Source of the DNA: Eledone cirrhosa
Taxonomy: Eukaryota
Assembly: GCA_964016885.1 (NCBI GenBank)
Contig: OZ024740.1
Span: 242,358,001-242,422,000 of the forward strand
Reading direction: 5' to 3'
Length of the DNA: 64,000 nt
A model generated the notes under the pieces. It was given only the letters and a program-made list of their open reading frames with translations, did not search any database and was not told where the DNA came from. Shown here one piece after another: positions 37,010 through 50,382 of this stretch (the first letter of the stretch is position 1; each line of letters opens with the position of its first letter). The position numbers were made by a program, and so were the translations under genes.

Positions 37010-38092
37010 AGACCTTTCCACATAATACACTCATAATTAGAATGGTTGTAGTCAACAGAAACCCTGGTGACATTCACTTCATTCATTTCTAGTAAGAAAT
37101 GAATGCTAGTTATTGTAATTTTTTTTTTTTTTTCCTCTATATAAACATCAAGAAAATCATATAAAAATAGATTACACAAATATTATTTTGATTATTATTA
37201 ATTTATATAATTTCCTACATCAGTAACAGTTCAAATATCTTTGGAAAACACATAAACTGTACAACTTCCAAATTTTCTCAACTCACTAACTTTAAGGTTT
37301 CATGTCTAATTAAGGCCTCATAATTATTATAAAGTCAAATTACAATGTTTTTTAATTAATCCCCATGTAATCACAGTTGTGAAAAATATAATAAAGTTGA
37401 CAAATTTACAAGAAGCAACTTTTTCAAAAAATAAATTTCACAAAATTATAAATACAATCTATATGTACTTATTGATAGAGGTAAATATAAATTGTCTATA
37501 AACTGAGAGGCCAAATTGAAATCACCTTTTACAACAGGCCTATTTTTGTCATTAAAAGTTTGTTACTTCAGAAAAACCTCTTACATTGTATACACATAAA
37601 TGACTTTTCAATCTGCGCACAATTGAAAAATACTGAAGTAATGAGAATAATTCTTAATCCATTGAAAGCTAATCAACTGATAAAAGTTTTTTCAATAAAT
37701 TATTATTTCTATTACTCATGATAATAAAAGAAATCATTATTATTCATGATAAATACTATCACATAGAAATAAAGGTAGTCTCGAACTTATGACAAGACTC
37801 CATTCCAGCTAACCGGTCATAAGTTGATAAGGACGTAATTTAAAGACCACTACGTATGAGTGGAAAGTGTGGGGGGGGGGGGGGGGTATTTTATATGCAT
37901 TGCTTATATGTCCTGTATTACGTAACTAATCGTCTAGTTTATCGTCTTATGCATTATTATATATATTTACGAATATATTTCACTTTTGTAAAATAATTTT
38001 CTAAATATGATTTCATTTTATATTACAACACAAATACAGATTATAGTGCATAATAGAAAAGACACTAGTACATTCTAAAGATAGTATTTTAT

Positions 38093-38345
38093 AACAGGGG
38101 ACAGCAAATTTTTTTTGTGACAGACTGGATAGGAAATGTTTTCATATCTTACAGGCCAAGGCAAATATAAGATGAAACTATGATCATAAAAAGTTATACA
38201 AAGTGTTTATTTATATATATTTATATTTTATTTCTTGATTTAATTTTTTTTGATAACCTATGTTTTTCATCATAAATGATGAGAGTTAGAAAGTGAAAGA
38301 AAGGAGGAAGCCAAGTCATGCAGATCACATTTTGAGGAGTGTCTG
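38093..38345 (+). mobile_element. hAT (Charlie/Cheshire-like) MITE relic
   Basis: caggggacagcaaattttttttgtgacagactggataggaaatgttt resembles the CAGGGGTCGGCAAACTTTTT...GGCCAGATAGTAAATATTT terminus; possible right end gaggagtgtctg. Confidence 0.45.
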
Positions 38346-38564
38346 TGCATATATTTATTCTCATTGTAATCATTTATGTCCCTCTTAAAAAGATACGCAG
38401 CAAATATACAAAGAGAATATATTGTAATGCAATGTGTAATTTTCAGTCATAAGCTCTCATACAAAAATTTAAACAAATTGTGTAAAAAAATCTCCTACTT
38501 CTTCAGTCATCCCTCTTTCAAAGGTGAACCATTCATTTTGCTTTTTCTAACAGCTAGAATATAT

Positions 38565-38797
38565 GTGGCTCACCACACCTGCATAAACATCCACACCACC
38601 GATGTTGTCCAAGGGAAAAGCAATGGCCAATACAGCTTGGCACCAGTGATGTTGCGACGCATTTCTACAGCTGAGTAAATTGGAGCAATGTGAAATAAAG
38701 TGTCTTGCCCAAGAACACAACACATCACTCAGTCCGAGAATCGAACTCATAACCTCCTGATTGCAAGCCCAATGTTCTAACGACTAAGCCATAAGCC
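38565..38797 (-). mobile_element. SINE family A copy, 3' truncated
   Basis: gagcaatgtgaaataaagtgtcttgcccaagaacac...gactaagcca. Confidence 0.75.
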
Positions 38798-39107
38798 TTC
38801 ACTTCTTCACACCAAAAAGAATTATATGAAACATTTATTAGGATATATCAAATCCTAAAAATTATTAACAGCTTTTTCTCTAATTTAATGCATAATACCC
38901 TCAAATATACAATATAGAAAGCAGTTCAGAATAACTTCTTAGTAAGTTCATCCCTCTCATTTGAAGCTTTTCTTTTATATTCCAAAGAATAAAAATAGCA
39001 ATTATATGCTGAGTTTAAGCTACAGATAAAAGAAGGTCAAGTGGTCGTTGACAACATTATTTATCTTAATGTAGCAAAAAACAAATGCAAAGGTTGTCTT
39101 TGGTAAT

Positions 39108-39292
39108 ACAATAATTGTCCCTACTTTTGGCACAAGGCCAGTAATTACCCAGTACATTACTGGTACTTTATTTTATCAACCCTGTAAGGATGAAAGGCAA
39201 AGTTAACCTCAACGGGATTTGAACTTGTACCGTAATGGGACGTAACTATACTAGAAAGCATGGTGTCCAACCCTCTACCGATACTGCCAATT
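39108..39292 (-). mobile_element. SINE family B copy
   Basis: Reverse complement of 52068-52260. Confidence 0.75.
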
Positions 39293-41208
39293 CACAATGT
39301 TACTCTTGTTGCTAATAATACAAAGTAAATTAATAAGTCTCTTTTTTACTAAGCAAATCAAAAGAAACATTTCTTCATTATTATGATTAATCTACCAACA
39401 TCCTAACTAAATTAGGTCTAAATAATTCTATGATCTATTTTTTAAAATTGTAAAATTTCAAATCTTAAGCCCTTATTTATATTATATTATATAATATATA
39501 TGTGAGTATTATTCATGTGTGTATGTATGTGTGTGTGTGTAAGATAGCTATGAGGAAAAAATTAAGAATTGGTAACAGGTGATACAGCAATCACTACATA
39601 AATGTATACAACACATACCTTCAATCATTGTATATGTGTGAATATGTGTAGATGATTTGAAGTTCCATCTTACTAAAAATAAGTTTATTGCGATTTACTT
39701 GTATATGCGATTTTTTGTGTATCTGTAATGGTCAGCTTTATACTTAATTATTCACAATTAATTATTACAGTTATTTAAAGTAATAAAAATACTTTAAGTT
39801 CCTTTAATACTCTAAAAGATGTTTCTCTAAGTACTTTTATAATTTGATTTCGTTATTTTTTTTTGTTTTTTGTTTTCATTTTGTGTTATTTTGTTTTTGC
39901 AGCAAACATCTGTCAGGTTAAATGTAAAGAAAAAACAACAACAAGAAACGTAAATTTTTTATTAGTATTGTATGTAATTTATACATAAACATGAAAACTC
40001 TTTTGTAAATGAAATGACGCAATTACCAGTGTCTAAGGGAGATAATCGAATATCAATTGCCGGCTTTTCTGGTAGGAAAAAAATATTTAATAGTGAAATA
40101 TTGAAATGTTTATTTTCATATTCTATCATGAAATTATGTTTCTCTTAATTTTATTATTGTAAGTCTAATCTATGTTTGTATCTGGAGCGTCTGAAGTATT
40201 AAAATGTGTGTCAATGAAGACACATTTTATTTTTGTCATGGAAGTATTTGTGATTTATTTAATGTTTATGCTGCTGAAGTAAAAAAAAGATGAAAAAATA
40301 ATATATAGCTCAATTACATGGTTTGTTCCCTAAAATTATTTGAGGGAACCCAAAATATTCATGGCATTACCAGAGGTGATGTGAGGCTGAGGCACTGAAA
40401 CAGTCAACCAACTACACAAGCGTCACCTAAAACAAGCCCTCAGTGATATTCAACAGATACAGATGGAACTGGGCTGTTGACAATGAAGGCCTCTCATACT
40501 TAAGTCTCAGGTGATGCAAGTGATGGCGCTTGGCTGTTCCAGCAGCTCAGTCTCTCTGTCACCTACAATGACGCAATGAGAGTGTTTTGAGTTGTCTGAA
40601 ATATTTTTAGAGGACAATACCAGAATACCCTACTAGAAACAAATAACACTTGAAAGTAAATCAAAATTGATTTGTCAGGTGATAATTTGAATATGAGAAG
40701 AAACCAAAAATCCTAAAATAACCTATGTGAAAAGTTTCAATAAACTCACACATGGATAACGAAGAAATTTCTAGAAGTAAAATACATGAAATGTGTGTAG
40801 GTGTGTGTTGAAGCATACTAGAGTTTACAGAACTATCCAACCGCTTTTTAGAAAACCTAAATAATGTTATCGATATAAATAAATAACTTTACATAAATTA
40901 TTTTGGGGCTTGATGCTACCGATATATACATATTTACACACACACACATACAGACATATATATGTGTATGTATGCCTTTTTCTTTCTATCCCAATATATA
41001 TATACATATCCAAATAAATAACTATAAATACACACTCACATACAGACACACACACATATATATATACAATTCAAAAAATTTAACAAATGTTGATACTTCA
41101 GTAGTGCAACACACATTTGCAAAGACACAGGTTCTATTTAATTTGGTAATATTGAGTAATATTTTTTTTGCATGTTTATGTGCATCAATGTGCATATATA
41201 TATATATG

Positions 41209-41260
<52 letters not shown>

Positions 41261-41261
41261 C

Positions 41262-41572
41262 CGTGGCTTAGTGGTTAGAGCATTGGGCTTGCAATTGTGA
41301 GGATGTGAGTTTGATTCCTGGACAGGGTGATGCGACATGTCCTTGAACAAGATACTTTATTTCACGTTGCTTCAGTTTATTCAGCTGTAGAAATGGTACC
41401 AAGATGTATCGGCCATTGCCTTTCCTTTGGAGAACATCGGTTGCGTGGAGTGAGGAGACTTGTATGCATGGGCGACTGCTAGTCTTCCACAAACAACCTT
41501 GCCCGCACCTGTGCCTCGAAGGGGAACTATCTAGGTGCAAATACCATGGTCAAAGACCAAAGGGGGTCTTTA
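41262..41572 (+). mobile_element. tRNA-derived SINE family A (CORE-like), full length
   Basis: A box tggcttagtgg, B box gagtttgattc, tgtccttgaacaagatactttatttcac. Other copies at ~24660-24802(-), 38565-38797(-), 41660-41962(+), 56470-56640(+), 58244-58573(-). Confidence 0.8.
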
Positions 41573-42030
41573 TATATATATATATTATAGTGTATATGTG
41601 TGTGTATGTATACACACACATACCTGTGTGTATATGTATAATCATACACACAGAGAGAAGGCATGTGGCTTAATGGTTAAGGTGTTCAGCTAGTTGGCAT
41701 AATGCTTTATTCACGTTAGTCCAGTTTATTCATGTCATAACTTTTTCTTTTTCTTCTTCTGTTCCTCTTTTCGGCACTGCCAAACTACTGGAATAGCCCT
41801 AATGAACGCACTAGTTAGCAAGCATCACCAATGTGAAGCTATATCAGATTTTGCCTTTCCCTTGAATAATGCCTGTGGTGTACAGAACTGCTGGACTTCC
41901 AGAAAACACTTTGCCTAAGAGAGGAACTTTCCAGGTACAGCTCATGATTGAATGGGGTCTTTAAATAAATATATTTGTGCGTGTGTATACATATATAAAC
42001 ATGTATATATATATATATTTTTATATATAT

Positions 42031-42250
42031 AGGAAAATAGTCAGGACCCCGACAGCTGAGCTCCGGCCGTTTAATTACATATACACATATGTGTATGTAT
42101 ATATATATATAGATAGATATACATATCAAGATTTAACCAGTATTAAACTAGTAAGGCACATTTTTCAGTAAAGTAGTCGATACTTGGAATAGTAGAATGT
42201 GATTATATTAGAAAGAGTTGGGGCCCGATGGCTGAGCTCTTGCCACTTTA
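42031..42250 (-). mobile_element. Two diverged P1-related fragments
   Basis: aggaaaatagtcaggaccccgacagctgagctccggccgttt (42031-42072) and gtagtcgatacttggaatagtagaatg...cccgatggctgagctcttgcc (42173-42245) resemble the P1 left arm. Confidence 0.55.
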
Positions 42251-43767
42251 ACAGCTAGTATACATTCTTTTATTGTTTTACTCATTCATCAGTTGACTGC
42301 AACTATGACGGAGAACTGCCTTCAAGTGTTTTTAATTAATATATTGGCCCAGTATTTATTTCAGGCTGCTATTTATCTTATTGATCTGTATTTATCAAAT
42401 TATTCAGTCCTTTTTCTTTCTTTTTCTTGGCACAGCACCCGTTTTTGCACCAGTAAACATAAGTACTGGCACAGTCACATATATATATACATGTGTTTGT
42501 ATGTGGATATATATAACCAGATACCCTTAGTGTAGAACAAGACGGAGGTGGAACCCCAGACCAGGATCTCCATCATCTCTAACACCTGCCACTAGGCCAC
42601 TGAGACAGCTACGCATAAGGCAGATAAAGAAGGTCATATATATATATACATGCATAGTCCTGTAATTCCTGAAAGCGTTTTTAGGGAATTTTTAAACCTG
42701 GAGGTGCCCATCTCATCCCCAGGTTTAAATACAGTAGATTTCTTTCAGAGAAGGATAGGAAGTAAGATAATGGAACCAAGAAAAAGATAGGGAGCAAGAA
42801 TCGATCCCCAGTACTAGACTGGTTCATTTTTTTATCGACCTCAAATTTTTTTTAGCGACCTCACACATCTACATATATAGCAGGTTCCTCCACAGTTTTC
42901 ATCTACTAAATTCCACTTACAAAGTCTTGGTCAACCAAAAGCTCATATAGATCTCCCTTGAACATGATGCTGCACAATCAAATGAGAGCTGGAACCATGT
43001 AGTTCACTATTCAGTCAATGCATACGCATAAGCATACATATATATATATGCCATTGTCAGAGCAAGGTTCGGCGTAGCAAATTCTGGCCAGACTCGTCTC
43101 CCAATGTGGACGACTCGTCTAACCCATGCAAGCATGGAAAATGCATGACGATGATAATGATATATATATATATATATATATATATGAAACACTTATGGAT
43201 GGATGTACAAATAAAGGTATGTTTATATATATATATACATAAGAGGCACATGTGGATATACAAATGAAAGTATGGTGTTTTTTATGTATATAATGTATAA
43301 ATATAGAACATGTATAAATATAGAATAAATATGCATAACAAAAGTGTTTCTGGTTTATTCGCAACAGTAAAATCCTAGAAGGAAAGTTCAAATGATTTCA
43401 ATTGTTTGGGGTTTTATTTGGAAATAATAATAATGATAATTTACTAATAAACATAACAAAAACTGGAAAAACCTGCATATTTTAGGTATTATGATAGTTT
43501 TCTAAACACAAAATAAATAAATAAAAATGCAAAACAATAATTCAGTTCAGATAATATCTAACTAGCATATATTTTATGGTTCAAATATCCATGAATGTAA
43601 ATATCTATGGATGATATATTATTGAATATACAAGATATTTATGTTGGAGGGGCGGGAGGGGGTGGAGATTCTAGAATTGTGCTAAGGAGATTCATGGAAA
43701 ATTTCAGAATGCTTATTAGCATGTTGAAAGAATATAAACCATGAAAAGATTAAATAAATTCACTTAC

Positions 43768-43813
43768 CTTCAATATCAAGTGATTGAATTTTATCTGCTG
43801 CAGTTTCAGCCAT
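43768..43813 (-). CDS. First coding segment of the same gene: MAETAADKIQSLDIE + G (phase 1)
   Basis: ATG at 43813-43811, 46 nt open, then consensus donor G|gtaagtg (cacttac at 43761-43767 on +). G + AT from the giant exon gives GAT (Asp), in frame: ...SLDIE-D-THGDGMYG... Confidence 0.75.
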
Positions 43814-43932
43814 TATGAAATTTTTCTAGTCTTAGAATTTTATCGTAGTTTGAGTACGTATAGCAGCCGCTGTTCACAACAGTCCCCCCAAATGATGTAA
43901 GAGCCCATTTGATAGACTGCTACCTTGGCTAA
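43814..43932 (-). other. 5' UTR part of the ATG-containing exon
   Basis: Acceptor atttatcttttgcag|ttagcc at 43933/43932 on the minus strand; non-repetitive sequence of higher GC than the flanks. Confidence 0.55.
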
Positions 43933-44081
43933 CTGCAAAAGATAAATTAATCATTTATATTTTAAACACATTGAAAAAATAATAACAATGCAGTTGATTT
44001 GAAAATATAAATTAAAAAATAAAATAAAATTATATAAGATTAAATTTAAAAAAAAAAGGGAATTTATTAAAAATCACTTAC

Positions 44082-44450
44082 GCATTATTTGTTCTTCCCC
44101 CCACCCTCCGGAAAAAATAAAAAAGCTCAAGGGTTATTAGTGAGCATATGCGTATTGGTCAACAGATATAAGTAGCAGAGTAGTCCCCGTTAGCCAGCTG
44201 TCCAAACCGACGTTGCATTCATCACTGCTAAGAGAGATGATTTTTGCATATAGTATCAGCTGAATGTAGTTCCCCACAACATCCGCATCTCGGCTGGTTG
44301 CCACTGCTGTGTGTTTCTCACATCTGCCAGCAACAACTTACACAGACGACACTGTATTGATGATGTTAATCACTATCGTCATCGTCATGATCATCATTAT
44401 ATATTTATTGATCAACTCATTTTCTATGCAGTTCTAGAAACAAGGACTAA
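44082..44450 (-). other. Probable upstream non-coding exon (5' boundary uncertain)
   Basis: Consensus donor aatgc|gtaagtg (cacttac 44075-44081) gives a 149-nt intron to the 43932 acceptor; unique, CpG-containing sequence at 44090-44400. Confidence 0.45.
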
Positions 44451-44562
44451 TGCTGCAACACTCAGTACATTTTTTTTTTTTAAAGCAATAACAAAGTTCT
44501 GGCTATAGCATGACTCAACAAAATTTGCAGACTAACCATTTACTGTCTACTAGTAAAGAATA

Positions 44563-44745
44563 GTCTCTCTTTCTCTCTTTTTTTCTTTCTCTCTCTCTCT
44601 CTTTCTTTCTTTCTTTCAATATCTCTCTCTCTCTTAGTCTCTCTTTCTCCCCCTCTCTCTGTCTCTCTTTCTCTTTTCTCCCTCCCCTCTCTCTCTTTCT
44701 CTCCCGCTCCCTCAGTCTCTCTCTCTTTTCTTTCTTTTGCTTTTC
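44563..44745. promoter_or_regulatory. Long (CT)n/(GA)n polypyrimidine-polypurine tract just upstream of the putative first exon
   Basis: Imperfect (CT)n/(CTTT)n of ~180 bp. A promoter role is inferred from position only. Confidence 0.3.
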
Positions 44746-45594
44746 ATACATTTCTTTTATAGTAAAAATTATTAAACACAATGGAATGCAAATATATTTC
44801 TTAATCATAAAGAAATGACTTATAAAGTAAGAAAACAATTAGCAATAGTAAATACTTGAAATAGTAAACCATATTCATAACCAGTGATAATTAATTATTT
44901 CTAAAATTGGCACAAGGACAGTAATATTTTAGGGGAAGGGGAAGTTGAATCAATCGACCCAGTAATTGACTGGTGCTTTATTTTACCAAATTTGGAAGGA
45001 TGAAAGGCAAAATTGACCTCTGCAATATTTGAACTCAGAACATAGAAAGTCATAACTAAATACCACAAAACATTATTTACTATTATAAATAACCAGTAAT
45101 AATTAATAATCAGTATCTAAGATTCTTCTCAAACTCCAATATTTAAATACGTTTTGCTTCTACTTTATAAATAGCATGCTCCTGAAACTTTTTCTTGACA
45201 CATTTTCCTTTAAATTATTAATTTATAGCAATTAAAATTAGACAATAACTACACCAATCTCTTCAGGTTACCTATATCCACTTAGTCAAACAAAAACTAC
45301 CCTCTTTAACTTTCTCATTACCATATTTTTAATGAAAATCAAAAATTTGAGGGATTTTCTAAAATAACTTTCTTGGAATTTATCTGGCATTTGGATCATA
45401 AATGTCCGTACATAAAATTATGATTGAAGACTGTTCTTTGTTTTTATTTTAGATAAATATAAACACTTTAAAACAAACAGCTTTGTGGTATAGATTCCCA
45501 GGCTGTATTAGGTGGTTTGGTATCAAATGGGTAGGTCTCCTCTTCAGATAAACCAATAAAAAACAAGAACTGTTATAGTCTACTCAACTATGAA

Positions 45595-45790
45595 TGAGCC
45601 TCTATATGGTAGCTTAACCAGCTTGAAATAGCAGCCAATTCTACCTCAAATTACATCCTGATGTCTTGAAAGACAAAGGTACACATTGTATGGATATGCA
45701 ATATGCTAAAACTGTATGGGATGATCATGGTTTTAATGCCATTACGCATGTCTGCTCAGTCAAGACTGGCTTGGGTTTAAACATCTACCA
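45595..45790 (+). repeat. Interspersed repeat family E (SINE 3'-like)
   Basis: gaaatagcagccaattctacctcaaattacatcct core shared with ~25610-25775 and ~60025-60235. Confidence 0.55.
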
Positions 45791-47109
45791 AATCTTCCCA
45801 AAGTTTTGATTTATGACTGGTCATATTCTAGAAACATTTTAATTACCATTCACTCACCACAAGAAGAATCCCACCCTAAAAAGTGAACTTGTGGTTGTTA
45901 GTGGGATTGAACCTTCACAAGAAATGACAATGTTATTGTTACTTGCCAAGGTAAAATAAGAGATTTTTTTGGTAAGAAAACAAGATTTTTCTGTATAAAA
46001 TTAAGAAGCAAATTATAAAACATCTTAATATCCCTCCAGTATAACTGTAATTTATATACAATTTTTTAGTAAATACTTCTTACACTTTCATATGTGGTTA
46101 TATATATTCATTTAATGAGGAATAAGTAGTTGAATATAGCACAACTGAAATATCAAAATATAACTTACTTTTATTTTTAATATTAAAGAAATAATCGAAA
46201 TATGCACACACACACACACACACAGGTGCATGCATGCATGCACGCTTCATAAGAGAGTAACAAAACTCAATACTTTATTATAACTGGTAAACTACCTTAG
46301 TGATTCAAAAGTCTGGAGTTTCACAGTTAAACCCAAGGTTCCAGGACCTCGAGTCACTGAGGTAGCTTTACAGCTTTACAGCTATACAGTATATGAATCA
46401 TTGTCATCCTTTAACGCCTGTTCTCCCTATATATATGTGTGTGTGTTTGTGTTTATAACACATTTATATACATACATAGATATATAGATATATAGATATA
46501 TTATTATACATATATATGCATACACACATAAATCATTTCATTGCAATTATATAATATTAAGAATTTCGAAGTGTATATAGTAAGGAAAATCAAGACAAAA
46601 TGAATTGCGCTGTAGAATTTTCATCGCATACAGATTTTCCAAAATCAATTACCAAATTTTCAGTTTTATAGAACTGATGGTCAGTTTAAAGAGCAAAATA
46701 AATATAACCTGCGTCTATTTTTATTCCTTTCAATTAAATATAGGCAACAAAGTTTATATCATGTCAAATACATCAAACTAGTAATGTTGACACTGAGGTG
46801 AACAAAATTAATTGTAGTTTATTTTGATTGTGTGTATTTATTTATGTGTGTATGTGTATATATATATTCTGGTTATACCAAGACCAACACTTCTTTTTCA
46901 TTTCAAGCCTTGTACTTATTTTAACAATCTCTTTTGTTGAACTGCTACATTATGGGACATAAACACACACACACACACACACATGTGTACACACACAAAC
47001 ACATGATGGTATTCTGCAGTTTTTGCCTGGAAAATTTCATTCACATGGCTATAGCAGCAGACGCTTACACAAAGTTCTACACAGTGGGAGCGAACCCAGT
47101 ATATATTTT

Positions 47110-47425
47110 CATTTCATTTTCATTTCATTTTACGTCCACTTTTCCCTGCTTGCAAGGGTGGGACGGGAACTGATTCTGGCTTGATTTTTACAGCTGGATG
47201 CCCTTCCTAACACCAACCTCATTTACAGTGAGTGCTGGGTGCTTTTTTGCCGTGGCACCTTCACGACCACTTTGCAGTGGAATGATAGGGACCCCAGTCC
47301 CTATCATTTCATTTCTACAGCTGAGTAAACTGGAGCAATGTGAAATAAAGTGTCTTGCTCAAGGAAACAACAGATCACCTGGTCTGAGAATTGAACTCAC
47401 AATCTTTCGATTGCCATGTGCCCCC
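47110..47425 (-). mobile_element. Near-identical second copy of the composite SINE (head partly deleted)
   Basis: Aligns with few differences to 50060-50350. Confidence 0.8.
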
Positions 47426-48951
47426 ATTATATATATATATATATGTATGTATATACACACATACAGATATTTGGTATACAAAAGGAAATAAAAGTACTAA
47501 ATACATGAGGTTTGTTTATTCATTGATCTGTCCCCTGACCAAATGTACACAAATAAACAACTCAGAGTAACAACAGAATGAAATCATCTTCAAACGAGTG
47601 CATATGTGTATTTATTTTGTTCTTGTTTTTTTGTTATCCTTTTGTAACTGTATTTCCAGTGAAATATGCTTTATCTCAAATAAAAAATGAAATTTTTTTA
47701 GAGATTTACTGAAACTATTATATCTATACCAGGGACCCATTAGCATCCAATATGTGGGGTTTGATTCCTTGCAGGCTCCTCAGTCCACTTTTGTCGATGC
47801 TGGTTTGCCAGAATTATGAAAGCATTCCATCTTTTCAGGGGTTCAATAAAATAAAATACCATAAAGTACTGGGGTCAATTTAATTAACTTTCCCTCCACC
47901 AAATTTACTAGCTATATGCTTATGTTAAAAACAATTATTTCATAACTAAGGTAGTAACTTAACACATAGTTCATACATAAAATTAGGTTGGAAAATTTTA
48001 ATCAAAATAGGAACGTTTTATCTAAAGCTGGGATTTTTTTTTTAAAGGAACTTGAGCCAGTTTTGGCCAGATTGATATGAAAATGGTTAAAATACACTGT
48101 TTATATGTTTCAATTAATTTTTACATCCATAAAAAATTTGGAGAGATGTTTTTGTAAAATAACTAACTTTAGCAATGAAACAGGTGTTTGGGACATGACT
48201 TCAATAAGATTATGATATGAATAATTCAAAATAAGAGTTCTTGTATCATACAAGCAGAGATAGTGTCATGTGGGTTGGTGTTTATACTCTATATATATTA
48301 TTGTATTTTCATGGTATTTTCACATAATTATCTTACATAATGTCAAATCTATTTGATTTTGATATTATTTATTTTGAGAACAATACCTTAACATAAGTAT
48401 AAGTGGCCGGTTACAGCTGATTTGAATAGAAAGAAGTGAGTGAATTCTGGCTGGATACAGCCGGTTTAAATGCTAAAGGGTTAAGGAGATAGCTATGATA
48501 ATGTTACAACTAGTTTGGAAACTCTGATTATCATAATTCATGAATTTATTGGATAAGGCAATTAGTTAGTAAACAGAAAGGTAACTGTTAAAATGCTGCC
48601 AAACTATAATATGACGCATATTGTCAAAATGTAAACTTCTAATTCCACCAAGCCAGCTATAAATTGGTATAGAATTTCAATATATAGGCAATATTGGAAG
48701 AATATATATATGCTTTACATTTATATTTAAGATCTAAATACTTACATCATAAGAAAACCTCAAGTGTGTGTGTGCATATATATATATATATTCACACACT
48801 CACACACACATACGATATTCATATAAAACCTGCCAGATAGTCCTATAGGAGCAAGACACGGTCACCCAATCAATCTTGCCTCAAGTGGGACAACTCCCGT
48901 CTAACCCATGCTAGCATGGAAGATAGACGTTAAACGATGATGATGATGATG

Positions 48952-48991
<40 letters not shown>

Positions 48992-49095
48992 ATAATAATT
49001 ATGAAGACCAAAATACGAAGCAGTCTCGATAAGGATTGTATATATATATATATATATGAGGGTGTTAAAGTTTGCTTGAAGCATTGTGAAATGTG

Positions 49096-49513
49096 TAAAA
49101 TACGTAGTTAAGAAAGCCACAACAATGCAGAGGGGAATCTCGAGGTAGGAAGTGAATGATAGATAGGAGAAACAGGTGAAAGTGAAAATTGAGAGAGACA
49201 AAGATGAAAACAAAACAAAGGTAGAAGGGTTACCGTAGTGGAGATTTAATCCCAATATTTCGGGCTCACGCCTGTCTTAACGACATCACAACTTTCTCCG
49301 CTTGGCCTGTTCCCCCTCTTTTGGAACTTTTCCCCCGTTGATGGGCGTGAGCCCGAAATATTGGGATTAAATCTCCACTACGGTAACCCTTCTACCTTTG
49401 TTTTGTTTTCATCTTTGTCTCTCTCAATTTTCACTTTCACCTGTTTCTCCTATCTATCATTCACTTCCTACCTCGAGATTCCCCTCTGCATTGTTGTGGC
49501 TTTCTTAACTACG

Positions 49514-49520
<7 letters not shown>
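49096..49520. mobile_element. Fold-back element P5, ~177-bp apparently perfect arms
   Basis: Arms 49096-49272 / 49344-49520; identical peptides on both strands in the ORF track (MGLNLHYGNPST...TTYF). The inner end reads gggcgtgagccc-GAAA-TA-TT-ggga. (TA)n flanks. Confidence 0.9.
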
Positions 49521-49574
<54 letters not shown>

Positions 49575-49601
49575 TATATATAAACCCATAGAGCAAATAT
49601 A

Positions 49602-49718
49602 TATTACTAGTACAGATTAAAGGCTAAGCAAAGAATTTCTGCTTTCACCCTATTATGGGAGTATTAGAAGAGCCCATAATAGGATGAAAGTAAAAATTCT
49701 TTAATCTGTACTAATAAT
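49602..49718. mobile_element. Small fold-back element P6
   Basis: tattactagtacagatta...aaagaatttctgctttcaccctattatggg / cccataataggatGAAAgtaaaattctttaatctgtactaataata; TA-rich flanks. Confidence 0.65.
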
Positions 49719-49749
49719 AAATATATATATATGTACATATATACATATA

Positions 49750-50014
49750 TACACTTTAAAGTGGTTGTTTAGGTGTGACGATAAAAAGCACACAGTCCAC
49801 ACTGTAAAGTGGTCATGTAGGTATCATGACAAAAAGCACACAGTACTCACTGTAAATGAGGTTGGCGTTAGGAAGGGCATCCAGCTGTAGAAACCATGTA
49901 GAAATCAGTTTTGTAAAAGCAAGGCATGGTCACCTGATCTAACATTGCTCACAAGAGGACAGCTCGTCTAACCCATGCCAGCATGGAAAAATAGATGTGT
50001 AAACTGATGGTGAT

Positions 50015-50015
<1 letters not shown>
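49750..50015 (+). mobile_element. RTE-related short element (ttggcgttaggaagggcatccagctgtagaaa ... cgtctaacccatgccagcatgg-(GAT)n)
   Basis: Related pieces at 48830-48955(+), 43085-43160(+), 50940-51120(-), 55295-55570(-), 56708-56990(-), 1200-1440(-). Confidence 0.6.
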
Positions 50016-50044
<29 letters not shown>

Positions 50045-50048
<4 letters not shown>

Positions 50049-50382
50049 CATCATCATCATCATTTTACGTCCACTTTTCCCTGCTTGCAAGGGTGGGACG
50101 GGAACTGATTCTGGCTTGATTTCTACAGCTGGATGCCCTTCCTAACACCAACCTCATTTACAGTGAGTGCTGGGTGCTTTTTTGCCGTGGCACCTCCACG
50201 ACCACTTTGCAGTGGAATGATAGGGACCCCAGTCCTATCATCTCATTTCTACAGCTGAGTAAACTGGAGCAATGTGAAATAAAGTGCCTTGCTCAAGGAA
50301 ACAACACACCACCCGGTCTGAGAATTGAACTCACAACCTTTCGATTGCAAGCCCAATGCTCTAACCACTAAGCCATGTGCTT
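50045..50382 (-). mobile_element. Composite SINE: tRNA-like head + CORE-like domain + RTE-type 3' tail ending in (GAT)n
   Basis: On minus: A box tggcttagtgg, B box gagttcaattc, cttgagcaaggcactttatttcac core, then aggaagggcatccagc and cccgtcccacccttgcaagcagggaaaagtggacgtaaaatgatgat. Confidence 0.8.

Noticed and set aside
42535-42610. tRNA-like A/B boxes on minus (tggcctagtgg ... ggttccacctcc), and SINE heads generally
   Set aside because: No complete cloverleaf; tRNA-derived repeat heads rather than tRNA genes.
44515-44838. 107-aa RE/KE-rich ORF
   Set aside because: Translation of a (GA)n tract.
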